A stretch of 64,000 nt of DNA from Balanoglossus misakiensis (Eukaryota; Animalia; Hemichordata): positions 11,503,654 through 11,567,653 of the forward strand of contig CM082577.2 in assembly GCA_040954595.2 (NCBI GenBank), given 5' to 3'. This document shows, piece after piece, positions 1 to 13,100 of the stretch. Both the position numbers and the translations under genes were made by a program. Each line of letters starts with the position of its first letter. Position 1 is the stretch's first letter. The notes under the pieces were generated by a model, which did no database searches, was not told the DNA's origin, and saw nothing but the letters and a program-made list of their open reading frames with translations.

Positions 1-141
1 AGAGTTCAACCACTTGATCCCCTAAACATATGAGAATAATACTAGTAGTTAATTGCCTGTTTTTTTAGTTTAAATCAATCCAAACTTCACAGCTATAATG
101 ACTTCGCATTTTTAACAAACTTCTGTCTTTCCATCTTTCAG

Positions 142-738
142 CTAAGGGAAACACTCTTGAATTACTTTCAACTCAAACGGATGTTGCTGTTAAAATCGAC
201 GTCCCTGATTTGACAGCTGTGACTGCGTGTCTCTGGGTCAAAGCTGATTCGTCAAAAGAAAAGGCAACATTGGTTTCTTACTGTGTCAGCCGATCTAGCT
301 GCAACGAGTTCCTCTTGTATGGTACAACCTCTCTGAACCTTTACGTCAAAGAGAAAAGCGCCAAGACAGGATTGGGGGTAGATGATGGTGCCTGGCATCA
401 TATGTGCGTGACGTGGTCCTCAAGTGGTGGAAACTGGGCAAGTTACCATAATGGTGAATTGTTAAGCAGCGGTCATGGTTTAGCGTCTGGTGAGACTATA
501 AGAACTGGTGGGACATTGGTGTTAGGTCAAGAACAGGATGACCGGAGAGGTGGATATGACAAATCACAAGCATTTATTGGCAGCATCACTCAATTCAACA
601 TGTGGTCCAGAGTTTTAACAGATGGGCAAGTTGCCATGGTGGCACAAGACTGCTCAATTGGAGGAGATGTCTTTACTTGGAATACTGCTTCTCTCTACAT
701 GTCAGCTAATGCAGAGCTGGGAAAGAGCAATGTTTGCT
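142..738 (+). CDS. Pentraxin (PTX) domain exon A1 of a multi-pentraxin gene (5' part lies outside the window)
   Basis: 597-bp phase 1-1 exon between ccatctttcag and gtaagt. Has the pentraxin signature HHMCVTWSS (HxCxS/TWxS) and LVLGQEQDDRRGGYDKSQAFIG. The TTG start in the ORF track is internal to the exon. Confidence 0.92.
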
Positions 739-896
739 GTAAGTTATGTTTTTAATTAGAGTTCAACCACTTGATCCCCTAAACATATGAGAATAATACT
801 AGTAGTTAATTGCCTGTTTTTAGTTTAAATCAATCGAAACTTCACAGCTATAATGACTTCGCATTTTTAACAAACTTCTGTCTTTCCATCTTTCAG

Positions 897-1493
897 CTAA
901 GGGAAACACTCTTGAATTACTTTCAACTCAAACGGATGTTGCTGTTAAAATCGACGTCCCTGATTTGACAGCTGTGACTGCGTGTCTCTGGGTCAAAGCT
1001 GATTCGTCAAAAGAAAAGGCAACATTGGTTTCTTACTGTGTCAGCCGATCTAGCTGCAACGAGTTCCTCTTGTATGGTACAACCTCTCTGAACCTTTACG
1101 TCAAAGAGAAAAGCGCCAAGACAGGATTGGGGGTAGATGATGGTGCCTGGCATCATATGTGCGTGACGTGGTCCTCAAGTGGTGGAAACTGGGCAAGTTA
1201 CCATAATGGTGAATTGTTAAGCAGTGGTCATGGTTTAGCGTCTGGTGAGACTATAAGAACTGGTGGGACATTGGTGTTAGGTCAAGAACAGGATGACCGG
1301 AGAGGTGGATATGACAAATCACAAGCATTTATTGGCATCATCACTCAATTCAACATGTGGTCCAGAGTTTTAACAGATGGGCAAGTTGCCATGGTGGCAC
1401 AAGACTGCTCAATTGGAGGAGATGTCTTTACTTGGAATACTGCTTCTCTCTACATGTCAGCTAATGCAGAGCTGGGAAAGAGCAATGTTTGCT
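897..1493 (+). CDS. Pentraxin domain exon A2
   Basis: 597-bp phase 1-1 exon 755 bp after A1 with the same splice sites. Near-identical to A1 (GSITQ to GIITQ). Confidence 0.92.
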
Positions 1494-1653
1494 GTAAGTT
1501 ATGTTTTTAATTAGAGTTCAACCACTTGATCCCCTAAACATATGAGAATAATACTAGTAGTTAATTGCCTGTTTTTTTAGTTTAAATCAATCCAAACTTC
1601 ACAGCTATAATGACTTCGCATTTTTAACAAACTTCTGTCTTTCCATCTTTCAG

Positions 1654-2250
1654 CAAAGGGAAACACTCTTGAATTACTTTCAACTCAAACGGATGTTGCT
1701 GTTCAAATCGACGTCCCTGATTTGACAGCTGTGACTGCGTGTCTCTGGGTCAAAGCTGATTCGTCAAAAGAAAAGGCAACATTGGTTTCTTACTGTGTCA
1801 GCCGATCTAGCTGTAACGAGTTCCTCTTGTATGGTACAACCTCTCTGAACCTTTACGTCAAAGAGAAAAGCGCCAGGACAGGATTGGGGGTAGATGATGG
1901 TGCCTGGCATCATATGTGCGTGACATGGTCCTCAAGTGGTGGAAACTGGGCAAGTTACCATAATGGTGAATTGTTAAGCAGCGGTCATGGTTTAGCGTCT
2001 GGTGAGACTATAAGAACTGGTGGGACATTGGTGTTAGGTCAAGAACAGGATGACCGGAGAGGTGGATATGACAAATCACAAGCATTTATTGGCAGCATCA
2101 CTCAATTCAACATGTGGTCCAGAGTTTTAACAGATGGGCAAGTTGCCATGGTAGCCCAAGACTGCTCAATTGGAGGAGATGTCTTTACTTGGAATACTGC
2201 TTCTCTCTACATGTCAGCTAATGCAGAGCTGGGAAAGAACGATGTTTGCT
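1654..2250 (+). CDS. Pentraxin domain exon A3 (last PTX exon of gene A)
   Basis: 597-bp phase 1-1 exon 757 bp after A2, followed by a different, terminal-type intron. Confidence 0.92.
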
Positions 2251-2417
2251 GTAAGTTATGTCTTAAAATATGTGAACCCAACAAAGTGGAATAATACTAT
2301 ATACAATATATTAGTATTTGGTGCCATCAAGAGAGGCATTGTTCATATCGATTGCACGTTATAACCTAATAACTATTAAACTAGACACCATCCATCCATT
2401 CACCCACCCTCCTCCAC

Positions 2418-2430
2418 ATACACACACACA

Positions 2431-2462
<32 letters not shown>

Positions 2463-2517
2463 CACATACATACATACATACATACATACATACATACATA
2501 CATACATACACACACAC
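2418..2517. repeat. Compound (CA)n/(CACG)n/(TACA)n microsatellite
   Basis: Directly visible. Confidence 0.95.
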
Positions 2518-2555
2518 AATTCGTAGTTCTAATAGCACTTTTTCTTGCCTTACAG

Positions 2556-2770
2556 AACTCAGAGTATTGGGGACGTGCAAGAATACTTGAAATGCATGGA
2601 TATTCTTCTCCATTTTCAGTCATCACTGCCTGGAATTATTTATTTAAGGATTATTGATAGAAAATGCATGCTTTCTATCCGTATATAGAATAAAAAACAC
2701 TGATTATTTATTCAATGATAATTGATAGAAAATGCATGCTTTCTATCCGTATATTGAATAAAGAACACGA
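2556..2770 (+). other. Putative terminal exon / 3' UTR of pentraxin gene A
   Basis: Acceptor tttcttgccttacag ends at 2555 and is conserved in the paralog at 61400. AATAAA occurs twice downstream within a short tandem duplication. Splicing from A3 gives T+AA = stop. End coordinate approximate. Confidence 0.55.
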
Positions 2771-3629
2771 ATCATTAATCAAGTTACATTTTCTTGCTGT
2801 GTATTTTTTCGAAGCCCACACTGATATGCGATTTCACAATCTTACAAATTAGGGACAGTTAACACAGTCTGCGCTGTCTGATAATGAGAACGTGATAATC
2901 AGCCGAACAATGTGCATACACAATCTTTCATAAGAGTGTATAAAAGCAGTGAAAATTTAAAAAAAAAACGTTAATAGGGGAAATATGAGGATGTACAATT
3001 ACCAGCGCAGTGGGTAGAGTACAATTTCACAGCAGGTCGCATTAACTCAACGCCGAAGTACTTTGCCGGAAATCCTGATTTCGATTCGGAGTACTTCGCC
3101 GGAGGTTTGATCAATGCACAGTAAACAGTATTTCACTGCATGGCAAAAGCACCAGCCAGAGTGTATAAAGCCGGTCTTAAAGTTAATCATCTGCAACACT
3201 GCGTGTCAAATGGCAAGCGCGGACCCTAGTAATTGTTACTGTGACACAAAATCAAATCAATGAATTGGCAATTTTATCCCGCTCCACTGTATCTGCTAAG
3301 AATACTTGTTTGCAAATTTGTCTATTTTGCTGGGCGCTTTGGATAATGTTGTATCGCTGACAGCGGAGCTAATAAATCATTTGACTGAGTGAAAAATTCA
3401 ACTATCATCTCAAAAACATCGTAATTCTTGTGAAATTCAATATGACACATTTATAATTCAATCGTGAATACAAATCTGACTTAAAATAATGCATTTTCAT
3501 GATTTTGTAGCAATATTCAGTGGGTTGATTTTACATTCAAAATGATGTAGCTTGTGCAAACTATGTCTTTGCCTTCGACCCATTCGCTACAGTACGAATT
3601 CTTTCTGTCCAATTCTTTGGGCGTCCGTT

Positions 3630-6600
3630 TCACTGCCTAGCCTTCACATTCAGTTTGATTCCATTTGGAGGTGATGAAAATGCACTTGTTCCAAGTTTCA
3701 CGGGGATCTGGGAAAATGGCAAATGTTGAAAATGAGGAAATAAGTACCGGTAATACGCAAGTGAAGCTGTATAAGGTAGTCATTACTAGAGTTTAATACA
3801 ATTATTTATGCAACATGAAAAATTGAGATGATCTTGACATAATTCGAGACCACGCCATCATTAACATTAGTGTAACGGGTTGTTTTCAACTGTGACTTTG
3901 TATCTGTCGTCTGCTTTCTGTTATTTATTACACAACGCGCCATTGGATAGCATTTCGTGCGCATTAATTAAAGAACGTTTATCATCCAATCAGTGAGATC
4001 GATTAATCTCACTCTATCGATCCCACACTCCTATTGGCCAGGAGTGTGAGAATGCATTAAATCATACCTCTGTCTCCGCGCATGGCTCGAATGTGAAATT
4101 CTGGAAGATACGGACCAGTCCAATTTTAGCTTCCAGGAGAGCAAATCTCATTCCAATGCAATTGCGAGGACCAGCTCCAAATGGTAACCATGCATAAGGA
4201 TGACGTTTCTCTTTTTCTTCCTTGGTGAATCTAAATAAACGTTTCTTGTTAAACAGATAACATCAGTGGGGCATATGTTACGAGTATTTTAAAGGTGTAT
4301 TCCATATAATACATCTTGTACCATTTTTGTATTATTTCGTTTAAAACGGTTTTAATGCATAATTTATGTTTGGGTTGTTCGGTACAACCCATTTCCCGGT
4401 TAAAAATCTATTTTCTGTTACGCCAAAGAGTAGTTTTGAAGGAATTAACGAAAATATATAACCTTTTACCAATTCAGATTGTTAAATACGGTGAATTTCA
4501 ACCAGTAATCATGCAACGTTTTGGGGGAAAATGAGGATACATATTACCTTTCTGGGATGAATCTTTCTGGTTCTGGGTAGATGTCCGGATTGTGGTGGAT
4601 TGCGTAGATTGAAAAAATAATATTCATGCCTTTAGGAATGTATATACCAGCAATAGTGACATCTTCGTTACATACTCTGTCAAACCTGAAGAGTGTCGGA
4701 TGAAATTTAATGCGAGTCCATGTCAGGTACTACAGTAATCCGGACGGCAAACTACACGGCTAATATTGCATTAAACGGTGACTTATCACCCAACCAGATC
4801 TAACGGTCATGTTTTTGCATAGTTACTTAAAAAGGTGTCTTTAATATTCTTCGCGGAGTTCTCAATATAACGACCAGACTGACTGGGTAATTTGCTGGAG
4901 TTTGTGATGTGTATGGCCAATCGGTTGTGTTGGAAGGTTGTGGTCTTGGTGTAAAGTGCATGAACAGTATGAAAAATACAGTGGAGTAGAGTAGAGTAGA
5001 GTAGAGTAGAGTACAGTGCACTTCAATTCAGTACGATACAGTACAGTACAAAACATTACACCAATCTTCAGTACACTACACTACACTATACCGCACCACA
5101 TAGTACCATCTTGTTTTCTTAAGTGCAGTTTGTCATAATTCCCGTACATACCATTTTTCAATCACATTAGCACACGTCTTTCTATCTCACCTTATCGCAG
5201 GTGGATACATTCTGAGAGTTTCACAAACGATCATATCCAAATATGGCATCTTAGATATAGCCTCAAAGTTGGGTTCGTCATAGTTGGCCATGACGTCATC
5301 GATTTCAGTGCACAACTTATCCTGCACTTCTGGTCTGGTTGCCATTGTATAAGCAACAAAGCCCATCAAAGTGCTTGTCGTTTCATACCCAGCCAGATAA
5401 AAGATCAACGCCTGCAAAGATATTACGATGTTCAGACTACCAGCAACAAACGGCAAACTGGCAACACCGTATTTCTTTCATGCCAGCAACGCGTTATCTC
5501 TAAAATTGTAACAACGTCTCAATTTAGTAGACAAAGAGGCGCCCCCATCCCAATTGCGCAGTTGAAGTACGTGCGTGTTGAGAGAGACGTGTCGACTCGA
5601 ACACGGACGACGAGAGTTGTTTAGCGTGTCGAACGCTGCTCTACAAAGCTCGTAGTTACCTTCTGACCGGGACATTTGTGCTTGAACGGACTGGGTTCCT
5701 CCCACTTCAGGTCGGTAGATTCCTGTGAAGCAGAGACGTGAATTTTGCCGTTCATAGTGCCGCGGGTTGCAGTGATCCCGTCTGTTGAACTTTTTTTAGA
5801 GATTGAGATGAGAATTAGCAGTGTAGGATAGAGACGACGTACCAAACTGCCGTGTTGTATTCTGAATTTGTGTTGTTGAAATAAATACAACGGAAGAGTT
5901 TGAACCGCATCGCTGTATGGACTGATAGTTTTGTGGAAAATTCGGGCGTGCGAGGCCGCCGCTAACCTTGCAACGATCACCCCGCCGCTTTCTCGACCTA
6001 CGCATGAACTTGTTGTTTGTGGCAGCAAAATACTAACGTTGACGCGTCATCGCGCCCAGCGGTGGACTTCACAAGAATTTCAGATCTGGCTTTTTATTTG
6101 TTTGGCGTTCATGATTAATATATATCCATGTTCTTGTTCCGCTATTTCCATTCCGAAAACCCCAAAGTTTTAAACATGTACACTTTGACTAGAAAAGGCC
6201 TCAGACACCTTCATATGCTGTCCGGCAGCCGGGGTGGGATATCCGACTGCGGTGCAGCTCAAAGTGGCGTGGGGCTGGTCATGTTGGGAACAGTGCAGCC
6301 GGCCGGTGGATCGACGTCCCACACTTTCATACCCACCGGCGTGCGGCAATCGGCAAGAACCCATCGGGAGGAACCCAGTCCGTTCAAGCGCAAATGTCCC
6401 GGTCAGAAGGTAACTACGAGAGCTTCGTAGAGCAGCATTCGACACGCTACACAACACTCGTCGTCCGTGTTCGAGTCGAGTCTCCTACCCCTTTCTGTTC
6501 ACGTCTCTCTCTCAACACGCACTACTTCAACAGCACAATTGGGATGGGGGGCGCCTCTTTGTCTACTAAATTGTGACGTTGTTACAATTTTAGAGATAAC

Positions 6601-7145
6601 GTGTCGGCGGAATCAAAGAAATACGGTGTTGCTAATGTGGCGTTTGTCGCTGGTATTTCGAATTCCGTGGTAATTTGTTCAAAGGGTCGGATTCTGCTGT
6701 CACGTCTGTCATATCATAACATTTAGATTCTTCCGCACACTTCAATGCATTGCTACCAAATCTAGGTCTTATATATTTACCGTGTTAACCAACATGGAAC
6801 GTTCATGTGTAACGCATTAATTATTTTTATCCCAAAAGCTTACCTGTCCTAATATTTCTTCATTTGTGAATCCTTTGTGGAAATCATGTGTGTCTAATTT
6901 ACCATCTTTGACAAGTTTAACTCCATTTTCGTCCTCTTCTGCTTCGTTTTCTTTGATGTATTGTTCATAGACATCATGTGCATCTAACATCAATTGCAGA
7001 AAGTCTACTCTCTGGAAAATATAGTTTGTGATTTGCAAACTCCGTTATTCCTTCTGCTTAAAATTTGGCAACCAGCAAATATGATTAACTTAATGCATAT
7101 GATTAACTTAATGCATGCATGTGTGTATGTATGTATGTATGTATG

Positions 7146-7179
<34 letters not shown>

Positions 7180-10100
7180 TGTATGTATGTATGTATGTAT
7201 GTATGTATGTATGTATGTATGTATGTATGTATGTATGTATGTATGTATGTATGTATGTATGTATGTATGTATGTATGTACGTATGTATGTATACATGCAT
7301 GCATGCATGTATGTATGTATGTGCTGGGAAGTTTGTCTCTTTTATATGATTTGAAGAGAAACCTTTTTACAGTAACGTCAAAGAACATATCCAATGCACA
7401 GTGATACAATCTTCCTTACCTTATTTGAGGGATCCTGGTTTTTCCGAATTTTGATTGTGTTTTCAGTTAGATCAACGAAGTACTGAATGACCTTCTTTGG
7501 AAAAAATGAGATATCCAGCCAGTTCAGAAGTGGTACCAAGAACGGAAATAAAACTAGTGAGATAGATAGATGGAGTATTCTCATCAATACGATTGCTTTA
7601 AAACCTCGGTTTCTTCAAATGTATCGCGTTCAAAAGATTTGCAACAATGTTATTTCACAAAAGCAGTTTTATATAGTTCAGATGTTTAACTAGCCCTATA
7701 GCATTATATGTTTCTTATTGGTGATACTCAGTAATTTGACCCCCCCCCCCAATAAGGAGTAAAAATATTATAAGGTAGAAATAATTACAATAGTACTTAC
7801 AAACAGTCAACAGCACAGGGTTGAAAAAACTAAAGTCAAAAGCCCGCTTGGCGTTCTTGGTGAAGGGATGGTCCGGATATTCTTGGGTATTGATGTCGAC
7901 ACCAAATCCAGCACTAGCGATGCTGTCCGACACATAACCACCGAATACGCTGAGTTGAAAAATAAAGATATTTGAAAGGAACAGTAAGCTGTCAGTGTTT
8001 CGTTTAATTGATCTTATTATCTTAATAGTTTTATTAAACTTGGTAAAACTTAACTGCCTGACTTGGTAGCCCCTTGGCAAGCTCATCTTTTTAGCAATAT
8101 TATTTGTAATACGGTAAAAAACGTGCTGAGATTTGTATTGACTCAGTTGATTAGTTCAGTCAATACAGTCGCAAAATGTAGACGTAACATTTAAAGTGGA
8201 ACGACACCCTCAATTTTGGGCTTCAAAGTACAAACAGTCATTCTGATGCTTACTCTTTGCAAAGTATAGGCGTACTTTCTTCTGTGTGCTTACGCAAAAT
8301 TCTCAGCATTGCATCCGCAGTTCTGTTGACAATGGGCGTCATCTGTGAAAAATAATGTTGAATGAGCCGTGAATAAATGTATGTATGTATGTATGTATGT
8401 ATGTATGTATGTATGTATGTATGTATGTATGTATGTATGTATGTATGTATGTATGTATGTATGTATGTATGTATGTATGTATGTATGTATGTATGTATGT
8501 ATGTATGTATGTATGTATGTATGTATGTATGTATGTATGTATGTATGTATGTATGTATGTATGTATGTGTGTGTGTGTGTGTACTATGTATGTATTTATG
8601 TATGTATGTATGTATGTATGTATGTATGTATGTATGTATGTATGTATGTATGTATGTATGTATTTATGTATGTATGTATGTATGTATGTATGTATGTATG
8701 TATGTATGTATGTATGTATGTATGTATGTATGTATGTATGTATGTATGTATGTATGTATGTATGTATGTATGACTAAACAAAGTCTTACCAATCTCATTT
8801 TGGCGCCACTAAATGCAGGTGTCAATGTATTCCTCTTTCTCTTCCAGTTTTCGTCAGCAAGAACACTGATACTGGAGTCGAATGGTTTATTGTTAACGGG
8901 TAAGCGCTACAAGGTAAACATAGAGTCTAGATGATTAAGATTGACCCAAATCAAGAACTATGGTCCATCTAAGACTAAAACGTTCTGTTACCCTTGTACC
9001 CATAGATATAGACCATGAGCCAGTAGGGGTTTACCTCCCCCCCCCCCCCCCCCCCCCGGGGGGAATTTTCGAGACAATGTTTTTCTGAAAGCCTATCATA
9101 TACTGAGTAAAATTCACTTTGTTTGCCATCTGGGCACCGGGGCGTTTTCGAGTTATTGGCTTCTAAATTATATTGGGTAACGTATGTAGGAAAGCCTAAA
9201 AGTGCATATAAATTGACGTAGGGGGTAAATTAGTCTTGTAAAATGCTGTCTCTCTGAACGTATACCTCGAACAGCAGGGATGTATTTGGTATCAAAAGAA
9301 AGCTTAATAAACAAGCTTTCCATTAATTACAAAATAAAAGTGATATGACAAATCATGACATCATAGTGACGTCATAAGTCAAAATACCCTTACGAAAATG
9401 GTGTTCTGTTCACCTATAAATGTGAGGTTTTGCAAAACATGTCTCTGTGCAATTGTACTGATGAAAACTGATGAAAAACTGTGATGTGTTTGGTATCAAC
9501 AGAAAGCTGATTGAGTAAAGTATCTAATTATTGCAAAAAATTGATATAATAATCAATTACGTCATCATTACGTCATACTTCCAAGTACCCTTACCAATTA
9601 GTGACTATGATGACAAGTTATTACCCTAGGAGATAGGTGCCTTTAAATAAAAAAATTGGTAAGGAAGGTTTGTGAAGTCCATTCTATGTAAAAAATGGTG
9701 CTGATTCCAAAAAAGTCAGTCTTATTGACACCACCCAAGACAAAATTGCCATTTTGGCACTTTTTAACCCAAAAAAGGTCATTTTTAGAAAACACTAAAA
9801 ACACACTGTTTTCGTCACATTGGAAGATCTGATGACATATGATATGCCTATTCTATGTAAAATTTGGTTGATATTACGAAAAAAGCAGTCTGACTGACCC
9901 CACCCAAGAAAAAAATTGCCATTTTGGCACTTTTTAACCCAAAAAAGGTCATTTTTAGAAAACACTAAAGACACACTGTTTTCGTCACATTCGAAGATCT
10001 GATGACATATGATATGCCTGTTCTATGTAAAATTTGGTTGATATTACGAAAAAAGCAGTCTGACTGACCCCAAACGAGACAGAATTGCCTTTTTGACCAT

Positions 10101-13100
10101 TTTTTGCCCAAAAACATCATTTTTAGACAAAACTTAAAACACACTCTTCTCTTCATATTGATTGATTTGATGATATATGGAAAGTCAATTCTATGTGTAA
10201 AATGGTGACTATAAAACATAAAGCAGTCTTTTTGACCCCAATCAATACAAAAATGCCATTTTTGGCCACATTTTTGAGGTCAAAAAGGTCATTTTTACAA
10301 AAAAAAAAACTATAACAAACTGTTTTCTTCATATTCAGAGATCTGATTATGTATGAAAAGTCCATTCTATGTAAAAAAAAAAATCTGATTGACCCCATTC
10401 TAGTCAAAATTGCGTTTTTGGCAATTTATTGCCTAAAAAGACCTACTTAAGACAAATTTATCATTTTAAACATTTTCTAGAGAAAAAAATGTTTGCATTT
10501 GGAGATAGCCCAAATTGAACTCATAATGATGATGAAACAGCGTCGAGAGTAAAAGAAGTTATACGAATTGAACCAAAGTCGCATCGATGAATCTAAACAC
10601 GTCGCCCAGGACCAAGCATTAAACATGATACAGGCGACAAAAAGACAGGCACTGCACATGGCAAAGTCCCAAATATTCACTTAGAGCATCTCCAAATTGA
10701 AACGTCAAGGAATTTAAGAGTTTTTAGTATATTTATTAGGTTTAAACCCACATTTTCCCTGTTGTGTGCTAGTTCAGGGACCAGTTTTAGCTCTATTGAG
10801 TATTTAGCATCGTGGGATTGCACCCCTGTCCAATCAAAATGACGGAGGTATCATGATATAATATAATTTCTGATTTTGTATTCCGAACGAAGAGGATAAA
10901 TGTCAACAATCTATCCGGAGCTGGTATAGATGTACATAAAAAATTTATACCATGTATAACCGACTTATAGTATACAGTGTGAATACATGGATCGTCTCGT
11001 TTTATTGTTGAGTTCCATTTTAGGCTAAATGTGCCAAATTGTGGCAACTCTGCCTTTCAATATCATCAATTCAACTGATATCATATGGTATGACATTTTA
11101 AATATGCAAATATAACATCAAAACTCAAAAGGCAAAAAACACCAATTATTTTGCTTTCTGAAAAAGACAATTGTTGACTAGAAGATGGCTTAGTGGCAAT
11201 TTTGTATTGAGTGGGGTCTTAATAAGACTGTTGGGTTGGTATCAGCATATTTTTTGCAAAAAATGGACTTTCCATTCATAATCAAACATTTAAATACGAA
11301 GAAAACAGCTTGTTTTCATTTTTTCTTGAAATGACCTTTTTGACCAAAAAATGGCCAAAATGACAATTTTGTAGGGCTGAAAATAATTTTTTTTGGAATC
11401 GGCTCCCTTTCAACAAAAATGGACCTTCTCCGTACATCATAAGATCTCTGAAAATAAAGAAAGAAGTTTCAAACAGTTACCTTTTAAAGTAAAGTGGCCA
11501 AAATGGCATTTTTTCCCTCTGTGGAGTCAGTAAGAGTGCTTTTTTGGAAAAATCGCTACTTTTAAGATAGAATGGACTTTTATTTATTATTAGTTGCAAA
11601 CATTTTTTCTCTCTAGAAAATGTTTAAAATGATAAATTTGTCTTAAGTAGGTCTTTTTAGGCAATAAATTGCCAAAAACGCAATTTTGACTAGAATGGGG
11701 TCAATCAGATTTTTTTTTTACATAGAATGGACTTTTCATACATAATCAGATGTCCGAATATGAAGAAAACAGTTTGTTTTTAGTTTTTTTTGTAAAAATG
11801 ACCTTTTTGACCTCAAAAATGTGGCCAAAAATGGCATTTTTGTATTGATTGGGGTCAAAAAGACTGCTTTATGTTTTATAGTCACCATTTTACACATAGA
11901 ATTGACTTTCCATATGTCATCAAATCAATCAATATGAAGAGTAGAGTGTGTTTTAAGTTTTGTCTAAAAATGACGTTTTGGGGCAAAAATCGTAATATCA
12001 ACCAAATTTTACATAGAACAGGCATATCATATGTCATCAGATCTTCGAATGTGACGAAAACAGTGTGTTTTTAGTGTTTTCTAAAAATGACCTTTTTTGG
12101 GTTAAAAAGTGCCAAAATGGCAATTTTTTCTTGGGTGGGGTCAGTCAGACTGCTTTTTTCGTAATATCAACCAAATTTTACATAGAATAGGCATATCATA
12201 TGTCATCAGATCTTCGAATGTGACGAAAACAGTGTGTTTTTAGTGTTTTCTAAAAATGACCTTTTTTGGGTTAAAAAGTGCCAAAATGGCAATTTTGTCT
12301 TGGGTGGTGTCAATAAGACTGACTTTTTTGGAATCAGCACCATTTTTTACATAGAATTGACTTCACAAACCTTCCTTACCAATTTTTTTATTTAAAGGCA
12401 CCTATCTCCTAGGGTAATAACTTGTCATCATAGTCACTAATTGGTAAGGGTACTTGAAAGTATGACGTAATGATGACGTAATTGATTATTATATCAATTT
12501 TTTGCAATAATTAGATACTTTACTCAATCAGCTTTCTGTTGATACCAAACACATCACAGTTTTCATCAGTTTTCCTCAGTACAATTGCACAGAGACATGT
12601 TTTGCAAAACCTCACATTTATAGGTGAACAGAACACCATTTTCGTAAGGGTATTTTGACTTATGACGTCACTATGATGTCATGATTTGTCATATCACTTT
12701 TATTTTGTAATTAATGGAAAGCTTGTTTATTAAGCTTTCTTTTGATACCAAATACATCCCTGTTGTTCGAGGTATACGTTCAGAGAGACAGCATTTTACA
12801 AGACTAATTTACCCCCCTACGTCAATTTATATGCACTTTTAGGCTTTCCTACATACGTTACCCAATATAATTTAGAAGCCAATAACTCGAAAACGCCCCG
12901 GTGCCCAGATGGCAAACAAAGTGAATTTTACTCAGTATATGATAGGCTTTCAGAAAAACATTGTCTCGAAAATTCCCCCCGGGGGGGGGAGGTAAACCCC
13001 TACTGGCTCATGGTCTAATACTGCAGTTTTTAAATCCCTATACACAAGTTGATGAGAATTTTCACGTAGAAATACCTGCTTTTTGTGTTATTTTCAAGAC

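Noticed and set aside
210-755. Each pentraxin ORF as a standalone 181-aa gene
   Set aside because: They start at TTG or lack an initiator context, have no signal peptide, and are bounded by canonical splice sites as 597-bp exons.
1-2250. Regularly spaced repeats as a CRISPR-like array
   Set aside because: Units are 755-bp exon+intron duplications with no unique spacers, in a eukaryotic context with no cas genes.
5478-6673. Cluster of 60-135 aa ORFs in the long-TIR MITE as a transposase
   Set aside because: No DDE motif, and the frames are not preserved in the second copy at 26660-27635.
6994-8934. MYVC/TYIH-repeat ORFs (also at 2318-2626 and 60947-61460)
   Set aside because: Translations of (ATGT)n microsatellites inside introns.
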